Assembly (NCBI GenBank): GCA_965277805.1
Contig: OZ255842.1
Span: 64,001 to 128,000, forward strand
From: Candidatus Lustribacter sp.
GTDB lineage: Bacteria; Vulcanimicrobiota; Vulcanimicrobiia; Vulcanimicrobiales; Vulcanimicrobiaceae
Direction of reading: 5' to 3'
DNA length: 64,000 nt
Below the pieces are notes generated by a model. The model was not told where the DNA came from and searched no databases. It was given only the letters and a program-made list of their open reading frames with translations. A program made the position numbers and the translations under genes. Below are positions 9,202-17,901 of the stretch, piece by piece. Position 1 is the stretch's first letter; each line of letters opens with the position of its first letter.

Positions 9202-9738
9202 GTGCTCCGAATATTATCCGTTGCTGCGGCCGTGCTCGCCGGAATGCTTGTGTCGGGATGCTATTCCGGCGGCGGACCGGCCCACAGCGTGGACGGCGGC
9301 GGCGGTCCGGCGATGCTGGCCGGCGCGCCGGCCGTGAGCTACGCGATCCCGCGCGTCGGCGGCGGTTCGGATTCGCTGGCCGCACACCGGGGTTCGATCG
9401 TGGTGATGAATTTCTGGGCCACGTGGTGCCCGCCGTGCAAAGAAGAGATGCCGGCGCTCGAATCGCTCTACCGCAGCGAACGTGGCCATGGCCTGGTCGT
9501 GCTCGGGATCGATCAAGGCGAATCGGCTGCCACCGCCGGCGCGTTCGCGAAGGCGCATGGCGTGACGTTTCCGATTCTCGTCGATGCGGATCAGCAGTAC
9601 GCGTCGAGTTACGTGTCGGTCGGCTTGCCGACGACGGTGATCGTCGGACGCGACGGGCACGTCGTGCGCGGCATCGACGGCGCCCAAACGCTGCAGCAAT
9701 TCCACGCGCTCGTCGGACCGTTGTTGGCCGCGAAGTGA
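9202..9738 (+). CDS. TlpA/ResA-family thiol-disulfide oxidoreductase (lipoprotein)
   Basis: Lipobox-like LVSGC, NFWATWCPPC and GLPTT motifs. Confidence 0.9.
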   Translation: MLRILSVAAAVLAGMLVSGCYSGGGPAHSVDGGGGPAMLAGAPAVSYAIPRVGGGSDSLAAHRGSIVVMNFWATWCPPCKEEMPALESLYRSERGHGLVVLGIDQGESAATAGAFAKAHGVTFPILVDADQQYASSYVSVGLPTTVIVGRDGHVVRGIDGAQTLQQFHALVGPLLAAK

Positions 9739-10694
9739 ACGCGCGCGCGACCGCGATCGCGTTTGCGCTGTTGGCGATCGTCTTGACGGTCGCGCAAGAC
9801 GTCTACCCTGCGCGCGACTGGTACCACGGCTGGCAGTATACGACGATCCTCGCGATCGCGATCGGCGTCATGGTCATGCACGTGCTGCGCGCGTGGCGCG
9901 GCGGCGACGGTCCGCGCGGCAAACGCATCGCCCTCGCACTCGCCGGCGCGATCGCGGTCGCCGTTGCGGGTCTGCTCTCGGGTTTGCTGGGTCCCGACAA
10001 TGTCACGGTGTTCGGCACGCCCGGGACGGTCACGCCGGTGCCGGATCTCGGCGTCGCGGCGTTCTTTGCGCCGGCCGATCCGCAAACGCTGCCGCGCGGC
10101 GACGCGACGGTGACGCTGCGCCGCCGGAATGCAAGCCCGGTCGACGTCGGTGCGAAACCCGTGCCGATCGGACTATGGATCGCGTTCACGCAACTGCGGC
10201 CGGCCGCGTATGTCGTCGTGCGCGACGATCGCGGCAATCGCCTGACGATCACGCAGCCCAACAACCCGTCGTTCCTCTCGCCGGTGATTCTGTTTCGCCA
10301 GTCGCAACAGATCCACTCGCAGACGTTCCCGCTCGACACCTTCGCCGTACCGGCGCTCCAGCGCGTCGTGCACGTCCTCTACTTCACCCCGGCCGACCTC
10401 GCCGCGTTCCCGCACGATCCGTCCGCATCGCCGCCGAACGAACCCGGCGCGATCCTCTCCGTCAGCGACGACGCGGGCGCGCAACACGGCATCACCCTCG
10501 CGCTATCGGGCCGCGAAACCGTCATCGGCGGCCTCCACATCACGATCACCCTCGGCACCTATCCCGTCCTCCAACTCGCCTCCGCCCCCCAACCCGTTGT
10601 GGTCATCGCCGGCCTAGCCCTATTCTTGCTCGCCGGCGCCTGGACGCTGCTCGCGACCACTGTCGTTCCGAGCGAAGCGCCGCAAGGCGCGTAG
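9735..10694 (+). CDS. Membrane protein (three N-terminal TM, extracytoplasmic domain, C-terminal TM; possibly ResB/Ccs1-like)
   Basis: GTGA overlap with the upstream gene. Hydrophobicity pattern of 3 TM, soluble domain, 1 TM. Confidence 0.6.
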   Translation: MNARATAIAFALLAIVLTVAQDVYPARDWYHGWQYTTILAIAIGVMVMHVLRAWRGGDGPRGKRIALALAGAIAVAVAGLLSGLLGPDNVTVFGTPGTVTPVPDLGVAAFFAPADPQTLPRGDATVTLRRRNASPVDVGAKPVPIGLWIAFTQLRPAAYVVVRDDRGNRLTITQPNNPSFLSPVILFRQSQQIHSQTFPLDTFAVPALQRVVHVLYFTPADLAAFPHDPSASPPNEPGAILSVSDDAGAQHGITLALSGRETVIGGLHITITLGTYPVLQLASAPQPVVVIAGLALFLLAGAWTLLATTVVPSEAPQGA

Positions 10695-10760
10695 ACGAGG
10701 AATCCGCCACAATCGTTCGTTGCCGAGAGCCGGCGCCGTACGGTGGAGGCGACGCGCGGG

Positions 10761-12092
10761 TTAGTAGTCGGTGGTGCTGGCGAAGGTGAAGCGGTTGAAT
10801 TTTACGGCGGGGGTGACGAGGGCGTAGGAGTAGCCGCCGGTGCGGTGCTGGTCGTTGGAGAACGCGCATGAGTCGAGCGCGTCGACGAGTGATTGGTTGA
10901 AGCGCAGGTTGCGCACGCCGCGGGTGAGTTTGCCGTCTTCGATCAGGAACGTGCCGTCGCGGGTCATGCCGGTGAGGATCGTTTTGCGCTGGTCGACGAT
11001 GCGCGTGTACCACAGACGCGTGACGAGCAGGCCGCGTTTCGTGCCGGCGATCAGCTCGTCGAGCGATGACGTGCCGGGGTCGACGACGAGGTCGGTGGGA
11101 TACGGTCCGTGCGCGTTCGGTGCCGGCAAGCCGTGCCCGGTGTTCGGCCGATCGAGTTTGCGCGCCCATGTACTGTCTGTTACGACCGTGCGCGCGATGC
11201 CGTTTTCGATCAGCGCCACGCGTTCTTTCGGCGCACCTTCCCAGTCGAACGGCGCATCGGGGTGCAACGGGTGCGCGTAATCGTCGCGGATCGTCACGCC
11301 GGTGCCCATCACGCGCTCGCCGAGGCGGCCGCTGAGAAACGACGAGCCCTCGTCGTACGATTGCGCGGAGAAGTGGCTGCCCAAAAACATCACCAGTTCG
11401 CCGAATGCCGGCGGTTCGAGGATCACCGTCCACTCGCCGGGGTCGACCGAGACCGGATCGGCGCTGGCGCGCGCTTTTGCGGCGGCACGTGCGCCGAGCG
11501 CGGTGCCGTCGAGCACGCGTGCATCCGGCGCGTAGCGCTCGGCGAAGCCGGTCGAGTCGCCGGCCGTCATCTTCACGTTGGCGCCGCTTTCGGTGCCGTC
11601 GAACGACGCATGGGCGCCCGCGCTGTTCGCGATCGTCAGGCCCCCGGCGGACGTCGTGACGTAGCCCGAGCACCAGCAGCCGTTGTTTGCTGCTTCGGTG
11701 AAGATCGCGGCGGCGACGTTCGCACGCTCATCAGCCGTCGCATTGGCGGTTGCGTCGATGTAGGCTGCGGGCGGCGCGCTCGCTTCGGCGCGCGCGACCA
11801 GCACCGGCGCTTCCGCCGGACGCGGCGCGAAGCCGGCGATATCCATCGCGCGCTGCACGACCGCATCGATCGCGGCGTCATCGCCGGCGTTGGTCGTGGC
11901 GACGCCGGTGCGTCCGTCGACGATCGTGCGCACGCGAATCGAGAGGTTCTCGATGTCGACGTTCTGGTGAATGAACTCGTGGGTGAAGCGCGTCAGCGCG
12001 CGGTGGTCGCTGGTGACGATCGCTTCGGTGGCATCGGCCCGCGAGCGCTCGAGCACGCGCGCCGCGAGGGCCCGGCGTGCATCAGCGTCCAT
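10761..12092 (-). CDS. TldD/PmbA family protein (PmbA-like subunit)
   Basis: TRF....IHQN, ILEPPA, FDWEG and LTGMTRDG motifs. No HExxxH. Confidence 0.88.
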   Translation of the reverse strand: MDADARRALAARVLERSRADATEAIVTSDHRALTRFTHEFIHQNVDIENLSIRVRTIVDGRTGVATTNAGDDAAIDAVVQRAMDIAGFAPRPAEAPVLVARAEASAPPAAYIDATANATADERANVAAAIFTEAANNGCWCSGYVTTSAGGLTIANSAGAHASFDGTESGANVKMTAGDSTGFAERYAPDARVLDGTALGARAAAKARASADPVSVDPGEWTVILEPPAFGELVMFLGSHFSAQSYDEGSSFLSGRLGERVMGTGVTIRDDYAHPLHPDAPFDWEGAPKERVALIENGIARTVVTDSTWARKLDRPNTGHGLPAPNAHGPYPTDLVVDPGTSSLDELIAGTKRGLLVTRLWYTRIVDQRKTILTGMTRDGTFLIEDGKLTRGVRNLRFNQSLVDALDSCAFSNDQHRTGGYSYALVTPAVKFNRFTFASTTDY

Positions 12093-13533
12093 AGCCGACT
12101 CCGACCGCGACGTTGCGGAAGCGCGCGGGCGCCGCGGCTTGCGTCGTGCGTCCGGTCTGCATCGGTTCGCCCTTACCGCAATTCGGCGTGCCCCACTCGA
12201 ACCACGATGCGGCGTCGGCGATCGCATCGCACGAATTCCAGAACACGGGCGTCACGCCGCCATAGGTGGGATTTTTCAGCATCCGGCCGCGTTTGCCGTT
12301 CTTGATCTCCCAGCCGATCTGCGTGCCGAACTGGAAGTTCAGGCGGCGGTCGTCGATCGACCACGAGCGGTTCGCTTCCATGTATACGCCGTCGCGCACG
12401 TCGTCGAACAGGTTCTCGAACGGCATGGTGCCGGGCAGCAAGTTCAAGTTGCACATGCGGATCATGGGCACGTGTTCCCAGCTCTCGGCGCGCACGCACG
12501 ACGTCGACGTGCTGCCGATCTGTTCGGCGGTGTCGCGCGAGCTCTCGAAGCCGACCAGAATGCCGTCGCGAATGACGTCGGCGCGCACGCTCTTCGTGCC
12601 CTCGTCGTCGTAGCCCACCGTTGCGAAACCGCGCGGCATCGTGTTGTCGATTTCGATCGTGACGATCGGCGAACCGTAGTGCAGTTTCCCGCGTTCGGCC
12701 GGATCGAGAAAACTCGTGCCGCTGAAGTTCGCTTCCCAGCCCATGATGCGGTCGAGCTCGGCCGCATGACCGCACGACTCGTGAATTTGCAGCGACACCT
12801 GCGAGCCGCCGAGGATGACGTCCATCGTGCCGCTCGGACATTGCGGCGCGGCGAGCAGTTGATGCGCCTCTTCCCCGATGCGCGGGGCGTTCTCGCGCAG
12901 CTCGGCGAGTTCGAGCACCTCCCAGCCGCCGCCGAAGTACATCCCGCGATCGCCGGGCCACATGCGCACTTGCGCGTCGCCGTCGCCGACTGCCATCGCC
13001 GAGATCGCACCGCCGCTCTGGTAGATCGTTTGCGCGATGCGCGAGCCGATCGAGGAGTAGAATTCCTTATCGGTGCGCCACAGGTCGAGCCACGCGCGTC
13101 CGACGGCGACGCTCGGGGCGCTGTGCAACGCGCGCTCGGCGTCGAGCAGAAGCGCGACGCGTTCGCCCAGCGGCACCGCGGCCGGATCGCGCTCGCACGG
13201 GGTGACGTAGCGGTCGACGTAAGCATCGACCGGCATCGTCCCGATGCGCCGGCGGCTAGCCGCGGCACCGGCCCGGGCCATAGCCACCGCGCGCGCGGCT
13301 GCTGCGTCGATGGAAGCGTCGTCGAACCGCGCGCTGGCGGCGAAGCCCCAGGCCCCGTCGACGAGCGCGCGGAGCCCGTAGCCCTCGCTGTGGTTGTCGC
13401 TGAAGTCCGCGACGTCGCCGTTGCGGACCTCGATGTGCTCGCTGCGGGTGCGTTCGAACCGGACGTCCGCATAGGCCGCCCCGCGCGCCAGGGCGGTATC
13501 GAGAGCGCGCTCAGCTCGGGCCGAAAAATCCAT
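12082..13533 (-). CDS. tldD: TldD family metalloprotease
   Basis: HESCGH zinc motif and C-terminal NCGKGEP. ATG start at 13533. Confidence 0.88.
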   Translation of the reverse strand: MDFSARAERALDTALARGAAYADVRFERTRSEHIEVRNGDVADFSDNHSEGYGLRALVDGAWGFAASARFDDASIDAAAARAVAMARAGAAASRRRIGTMPVDAYVDRYVTPCERDPAAVPLGERVALLLDAERALHSAPSVAVGRAWLDLWRTDKEFYSSIGSRIAQTIYQSGGAISAMAVGDGDAQVRMWPGDRGMYFGGGWEVLELAELRENAPRIGEEAHQLLAAPQCPSGTMDVILGGSQVSLQIHESCGHAAELDRIMGWEANFSGTSFLDPAERGKLHYGSPIVTIEIDNTMPRGFATVGYDDEGTKSVRADVIRDGILVGFESSRDTAEQIGSTSTSCVRAESWEHVPMIRMCNLNLLPGTMPFENLFDDVRDGVYMEANRSWSIDDRRLNFQFGTQIGWEIKNGKRGRMLKNPTYGGVTPVFWNSCDAIADAASWFEWGTPNCGKGEPMQTGRTTQAAAPARFRNVAVGVGYGR

Positions 13534-13663
13534 TCCGGCGAGGTACGGCGCCCGGCCACGGCTCCCCGCCAGGGCAGGCAACTGCGGGAGCAATGCACGG
13601 TTGCCGATAATTCTCATGGAAAGCGCATACCGCTTGCTCGCGTCCGTCCAGTAGGATCGTTCT

Positions 13664-14221
13664 GTGAAGCATTTTCTGGCCACCGTCTCGCTGGTCGCAC
13701 TTTCGGCTTCTGCCGCGAGTGCCGCCGCCACGCCCTCGCCGAATCCTCACGCTAAACCCGTCATCCCGCACGTGGTGTTTTTGAAGTATCGCGTTGCGCC
13801 CGCCGATGAATATTTCGGCCGGCTCAAACTGAGCATCCTCGGCATTCGCAACACGATCAAGGACATGGGCCTCAAGGCCGATGCCGATTCTTCGCGCGCC
13901 GCGAACGTCGTGATGGGTTCAGTCGGGTTGACCGAAGACGCGATCCACGACTGGGAGAAGAAGTACCCGCAAGACAGTTGGATCCCGGCGACGATTTTTT
14001 CGCTCGAGCGCCTGTACGCGAAAGTCGATAGCGACGATGCGCGCGCGCACGCGAAGATCACGATGGCGTGGCTCGTGCACGACTATCCGGCCAGCCCGCC
14101 GGCGAAGATCGGCAAGAAAGAGCTCGCGCAAAATCTCGTCGGCGCCAAACCCGCGCCGCTGCAGAGCGCGTCAACGGTGGTCGCCAATCCCGACGGCACG
14201 CTGCCGATCCCGGCAAAATAG
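13664..14221 (+). CDS. Hypothetical exported protein
   Basis: Clear signal peptide and a conserved-looking APADEYFGRLKLSILGIRN segment. A TAGGAT -10-like box sits 6 nt upstream of the GTG. Confidence 0.75.
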   Translation: MKHFLATVSLVALSASAASAAATPSPNPHAKPVIPHVVFLKYRVAPADEYFGRLKLSILGIRNTIKDMGLKADADSSRAANVVMGSVGLTEDAIHDWEKKYPQDSWIPATIFSLERLYAKVDSDDARAHAKITMAWLVHDYPASPPAKIGKKELAQNLVGAKPAPLQSASTVVANPDGTLPIPAK

Positions 14222-14224
14222 CTA

Positions 14225-14276
14225 GCGCAAGCGAAAAAAAAGGCCTCCGTTTTTACGGAGGCCTTTTCGTTTGCGC
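14225..14276. terminator. Bidirectional intrinsic terminator
   Basis: AAAAGGCCTCCGT-TTTT-ACGGAGGCCTTTT hairpin with A and T tracts on each side, between convergent genes. Confidence 0.9.
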
Positions 14277-14297
14277 AGTTCGCGCGACTCTAGTCGA

Positions 14298-15695
14298 TTA
14301 GAACTTGAGTCCGAGACCGAGGTACGCACCACCGTGGGTGGCGGCCGACGGTGCCAGGTTGCCTGCACGCAGCGAGTCGCCTTCATATCCGCCATCAAGG
14401 AAGATGCCGAATCCGGTGAACGAGCCGATGGTGTACGTTGCGCCGACCTGATACTTCAGGTCGCGATAGGCGAACTGTTGTCCGGCGAAGCCCGGCGAGA
14501 CAGAAGCCGGCAACGATGCCGAGACGTTGGGATAGTACCAGACGCTGCCGTAGATCGAGAACGGTTGATCGAGATCCGGGAGTTTTTCAATCCCGAAGCC
14601 GACGCCGCCCTGACGCGGGTAGCCGTAGTTTTCCGAACGCGAGAGGTAGCCGATGCCGACATAGATGCGCGGATCGACGACCTTGAGGCCGAAGCGTCCG
14701 TCGATGTCGGTGTCCGTGGCCCGGAAGCCTGGGACGTAGGTAGCTCCCGCGCTACCGATCTGGGTGACGAAGCCCTGACCAGCCGGGTCGGCGCACGTTC
14801 CCGCGTTGTACGCGGCGACCGGGCATCCGTTGTGCTGGTACTGGTAGCTGCGGTAGTCGCCTTCGACCATCCAGGGAAGACCGAACGCCGGGAACTCGAT
14901 CGCACCACGCGCGTCGAACGAATTCGTTGCGCCTTGGATGTTGCTCGAGAACTCGTTGTACACGGCGGGCTTGAAGATATAGTCGCCCACCACGAAGTGT
15001 TCGTAGTTGACCGGCTTCGGCGTCGGAGTCGGCGACGGGGTCGGCGGCGGCGGCGGCGGAGGAGGAGTGGGCTTCGGGGTCGGCTTCGGCGTCGGCGGTG
15101 CCGTCGGCGGTGCCGTGGGCGGCGGGGTCGGGACCGGAGCCGCTACGTAGCGGACGACGACGACCTTCTTCTCGGGAACCCACTGGACGTAGGCGCCCAT
15201 GCCTTCGGAAATGACGCGGACCGGAACCACGATCGCACCCTTGTAGATCTCGGGCGGAACGTCGAGCGGACGCGATTCGCCATTGATGACGACTTCGGGT
15301 TTGCCGACAGTCACTTTGACGTCGGAGCCGGGCTTCGAGACGTCGGCCGTCTTCGAAGCGGGATCGTACGAAACCGTTGCACCCATCTGTTCGAACATCG
15401 AGCGCAGCGGGACGAGGATTTCGTTGCCGCGCACGAGCGCAGCGAGAACGCGGTTTTGCTTCAGACGATCGGGTTTCGAATAAACGTGTTGATCGTTGAA
15501 GAGGATCGGCACTTCGCCGGACGGCGGCGTACCGAAGTCAGCGGGCGGCATCGACATTGCCTGCGCCACAGTTTTCGGGGTTGCGAGCGTTCCAATGTTT
15601 CCATTCGCAGCCGTCGTTTGTGCGGCGGAGACCGACGATAGCCCGAAGCCTACGGCGACGATCGCCGCAAGCACCCCGGTGCTCAGTCGTTTCAA
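14298..15695 (-). CDS. Copper amine oxidase N-terminal (stalk) domain protein with Pro-rich linker and C-terminal beta-barrel-like domain
   Basis: Signal peptide, LVPLRSMFEQMGATV and VPVRVISEGMGAYVQW stalk repeats, PTPPP linker, terminal GLGLKF. Confidence 0.8.
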   Translation of the reverse strand: MKRLSTGVLAAIVAVGFGLSSVSAAQTTAANGNIGTLATPKTVAQAMSMPPADFGTPPSGEVPILFNDQHVYSKPDRLKQNRVLAALVRGNEILVPLRSMFEQMGATVSYDPASKTADVSKPGSDVKVTVGKPEVVINGESRPLDVPPEIYKGAIVVPVRVISEGMGAYVQWVPEKKVVVVRYVAAPVPTPPPTAPPTAPPTPKPTPKPTPPPPPPPPTPSPTPTPKPVNYEHFVVGDYIFKPAVYNEFSSNIQGATNSFDARGAIEFPAFGLPWMVEGDYRSYQYQHNGCPVAAYNAGTCADPAGQGFVTQIGSAGATYVPGFRATDTDIDGRFGLKVVDPRIYVGIGYLSRSENYGYPRQGGVGFGIEKLPDLDQPFSIYGSVWYYPNVSASLPASVSPGFAGQQFAYRDLKYQVGATYTIGSFTGFGIFLDGGYEGDSLRAGNLAPSAATHGGAYLGLGLKF

Positions 15696-15867
15696 ATTTC
15701 TCTCCTGATAGTGACGTGGGGAAATGAATATAGGACTTGCCCGTCCCGGACAGGCGGTCAGTCACGAGGATCGACGGTGTTAACGCCTCCCTGCCGTGCA
15801 GCCGGTACCCAAGAATAGGGCAGATCAATCGCACCAGGGCTCAGCCCTGGGCATGCTCCTAAGGGCT

Positions 15868-15895
15868 ACAACGCCACCGAGCCCGGTAAGGTTCC
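15868..15895 (-). promoter_or_regulatory. Putative ECF sigma factor promoter (GGAAC-N17-CGTT)
   Basis: Minus strand reads GGAACCTTACCGGGCTCGGTGGCGTTGT, about 170 nt upstream of the stalk-protein start. Confidence 0.55.
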
Positions 15896-15923
15896 ATCGA
15901 CTGCGGGGGGTACCGGGGGCCGG

Positions 15924-16322
15924 CTAGCTGCCGAGCTTTTCCTCGAGACGCTCTTTGAATTTCTCACGGGTGGTCACGTAGCGCTCGTGGGTGCCGTCGG
16001 CGACCTTTTCGCGCTCGTCGAAGGTGGAGAACGCGAATTCGACCCGCTTGCCGTCGACCTTGATGATCTCGACCTCGGTTCGCACGATCAGGCCGACCGG
16101 GGTCGCCGAGAGGTGGGCGATGTCCACGTGGGTCCCCAGGCTGATTTCGTTCGCGTCCATTAGCGGGGCCAGGCACTGCATCGAGGCATCCTCGACCAGC
16201 TGGAGCAGCTGTGGCGTGGAGAGGACGTCGACCCCGCGGTTACCAGCCTTCTCGGCCGTCATCCATTCCTCAACCCGCGTCTGACTCTGGTAGGTACGAC
16301 CCACGTCGATCTTGTCGCGCAT
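15924..16322 (-). CDS. Hotdog-fold thioesterase (fluoroacetyl-CoA thioesterase FlK-like)
   Basis: VLSTP, LVE, SLGT.V...H...TPVG and G.H.R motifs. Confidence 0.85.
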   Translation of the reverse strand: MRDKIDVGRTYQSQTRVEEWMTAEKAGNRGVDVLSTPQLLQLVEDASMQCLAPLMDANEISLGTHVDIAHLSATPVGLIVRTEVEIIKVDGKRVEFAFSTFDEREKVADGTHERYVTTREKFKERLEEKLGS

Positions 16323-16444
16323 CCTCTCCCCCCTCTACGCGTTGCAACCTGATGAATCATTTTGCACATCCCTCCGGTAGGTGAGTTAGTGGTGCGTCGC
16401 AACGTGCCGGTGCAATCCCAGGTGATTGAGGTAAAAGGAGTATC

Positions 16445-17851
16445 ATGCTACGCAGTCAGCGCGCGCTTGTGGCCGCGGTGCTAAGCGCCGTGGCCTTTAC
16501 GGCGTGCGGCCACGGGGCGAGCGCCCCCGCGCAGACGCCGCTCGCGGTGGATGTAACCAAGGCGCAGCGTCAGGACATCGGGACCTATCTCTCGCTCGAC
16601 GGTCAGATCACGCCGCTGCAGCAGTCGACGCTCTCGACGCCGCAGTCCGGCACGGTCACGGCGGTCTATGCGAACGAGGGCCAGCGCGTGACCGCGGGCG
16701 AGCTGCTCGCTAAGCTCGACGACTCGACGCTACGCGCGCAACTCGCGCAGCAAGAAGCTCTGGCGTCGCAAGCGCAGGCGCAGCTCAGTGGTCAGACGCT
16801 GCAGGGCAACGTCACGCCCTCGCAAGCGCAATCGACCGTGGCGACGGCAACGCAGCAACTCGCGACCGCGAAGAGCAACCTCGCCACGGCGAAAGAAGCG
16901 CTGGTCAACGCGAAGCTCGTCAACGAAGGCAACGAGACGCTCTATAAACAAGGCTACGTCGCGCAGACCACGCTGACCGCGTCGCGCGCTGCGTACGTGC
17001 AAGCGCAAGAAACCGTCGCCAGTTCGCAAGCGGCCGTGGAGCAAGCCACGGTTGCGCTCGCGAACGCGAACGCAACGGGCACGAACGCGGTACCGATTCA
17101 AAATCAAGTTATTCTGGGCGCGCGCGCCACGCTAAAGTCGGCGCAGGCGCAAGTGCGGCTGCTGCAGACGCAGATCTCGCAGTCATCCTTGTATGCGCCG
17201 TTCGACGGCGTGATCACGCAACGGCTGCTCGATCCGGGCGGCTTCGCCAGTCCGAATCAACCGATCATGCAGATCTCGCAAATCGCGCACGTGTACGTCA
17301 ACCTCAACGTGCCCGACAGCGATCTCGGCTACGTGCACAAAGGCACGCCGATAACATTCACCTCCTCGAGCGTGCCGGGCCGCACGTTTGCCGGTGCGGT
17401 CTACGACGTCAACGCGACGCCGACGACCGGCACGCTTTCGTACCGCGCGCGCATCGTGATGCCCAATCCGGACGACGCGCTGCGCGGCGGGATGCTGGTG
17501 TCGGTTTCGGTGCGCACCCGGTATGCGCACGACGCGATCGTCGTGCCGCTGACGGCCGTCGTGCAGGGTCCGAGTGGTGCGGCCGTGTACACGGTTGCGC
17601 CGATGCCTGTTCCGCCGGGCGGTCCGCCCGCCGGCGCAAAGCCCGCTGCCCCCGCCGGGGCGCCGACGTTTGCGCAGGCCAAGCTCGTTCCGGTCACCGT
17701 TGGACTGCAGACCGACACGCAGGCACAAGTCACGAGCCCGCAGATTATGGCGGGAACGACGATCATCACGACGCGGCCGGACTCGCTTCAAGACAAGAGT
17801 ATGGTCGCGTACTCGCCCAGCGGGGCCCCGAAAGGCACTCAGGGCCCATAG
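16445..17851 (+). CDS. Efflux RND transporter periplasmic adaptor subunit
   Basis: Lipobox FTAC, EGQRV..GELLA, long alpha hairpin, APFDGVI and LRGGM motifs. Confidence 0.9.
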   Translation: MLRSQRALVAAVLSAVAFTACGHGASAPAQTPLAVDVTKAQRQDIGTYLSLDGQITPLQQSTLSTPQSGTVTAVYANEGQRVTAGELLAKLDDSTLRAQLAQQEALASQAQAQLSGQTLQGNVTPSQAQSTVATATQQLATAKSNLATAKEALVNAKLVNEGNETLYKQGYVAQTTLTASRAAYVQAQETVASSQAAVEQATVALANANATGTNAVPIQNQVILGARATLKSAQAQVRLLQTQISQSSLYAPFDGVITQRLLDPGGFASPNQPIMQISQIAHVYVNLNVPDSDLGYVHKGTPITFTSSSVPGRTFAGAVYDVNATPTTGTLSYRARIVMPNPDDALRGGMLVSVSVRTRYAHDAIVVPLTAVVQGPSGAAVYTVAPMPVPPGGPPAGAKPAAPAGAPTFAQAKLVPVTVGLQTDTQAQVTSPQIMAGTTIITTRPDSLQDKSMVAYSPSGAPKGTQGP

Positions 17852-17901
17852 GCCGATTCACCATAATGACTCGACCGATTTCATAGGAGCTGAACGAATC
17901 G

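Noticed and set aside
11971-13755. 594-aa plus-strand ORF
   Set aside because: Antisense shadow of tldD with no motifs. Such ORFs are common in high-GC DNA.
15010-15140. GGC/GGT-rich tandem-looking repeats
   Set aside because: They encode the Pro/Thr linker of the stalk-domain protein and are not a CRISPR or VNTR element.
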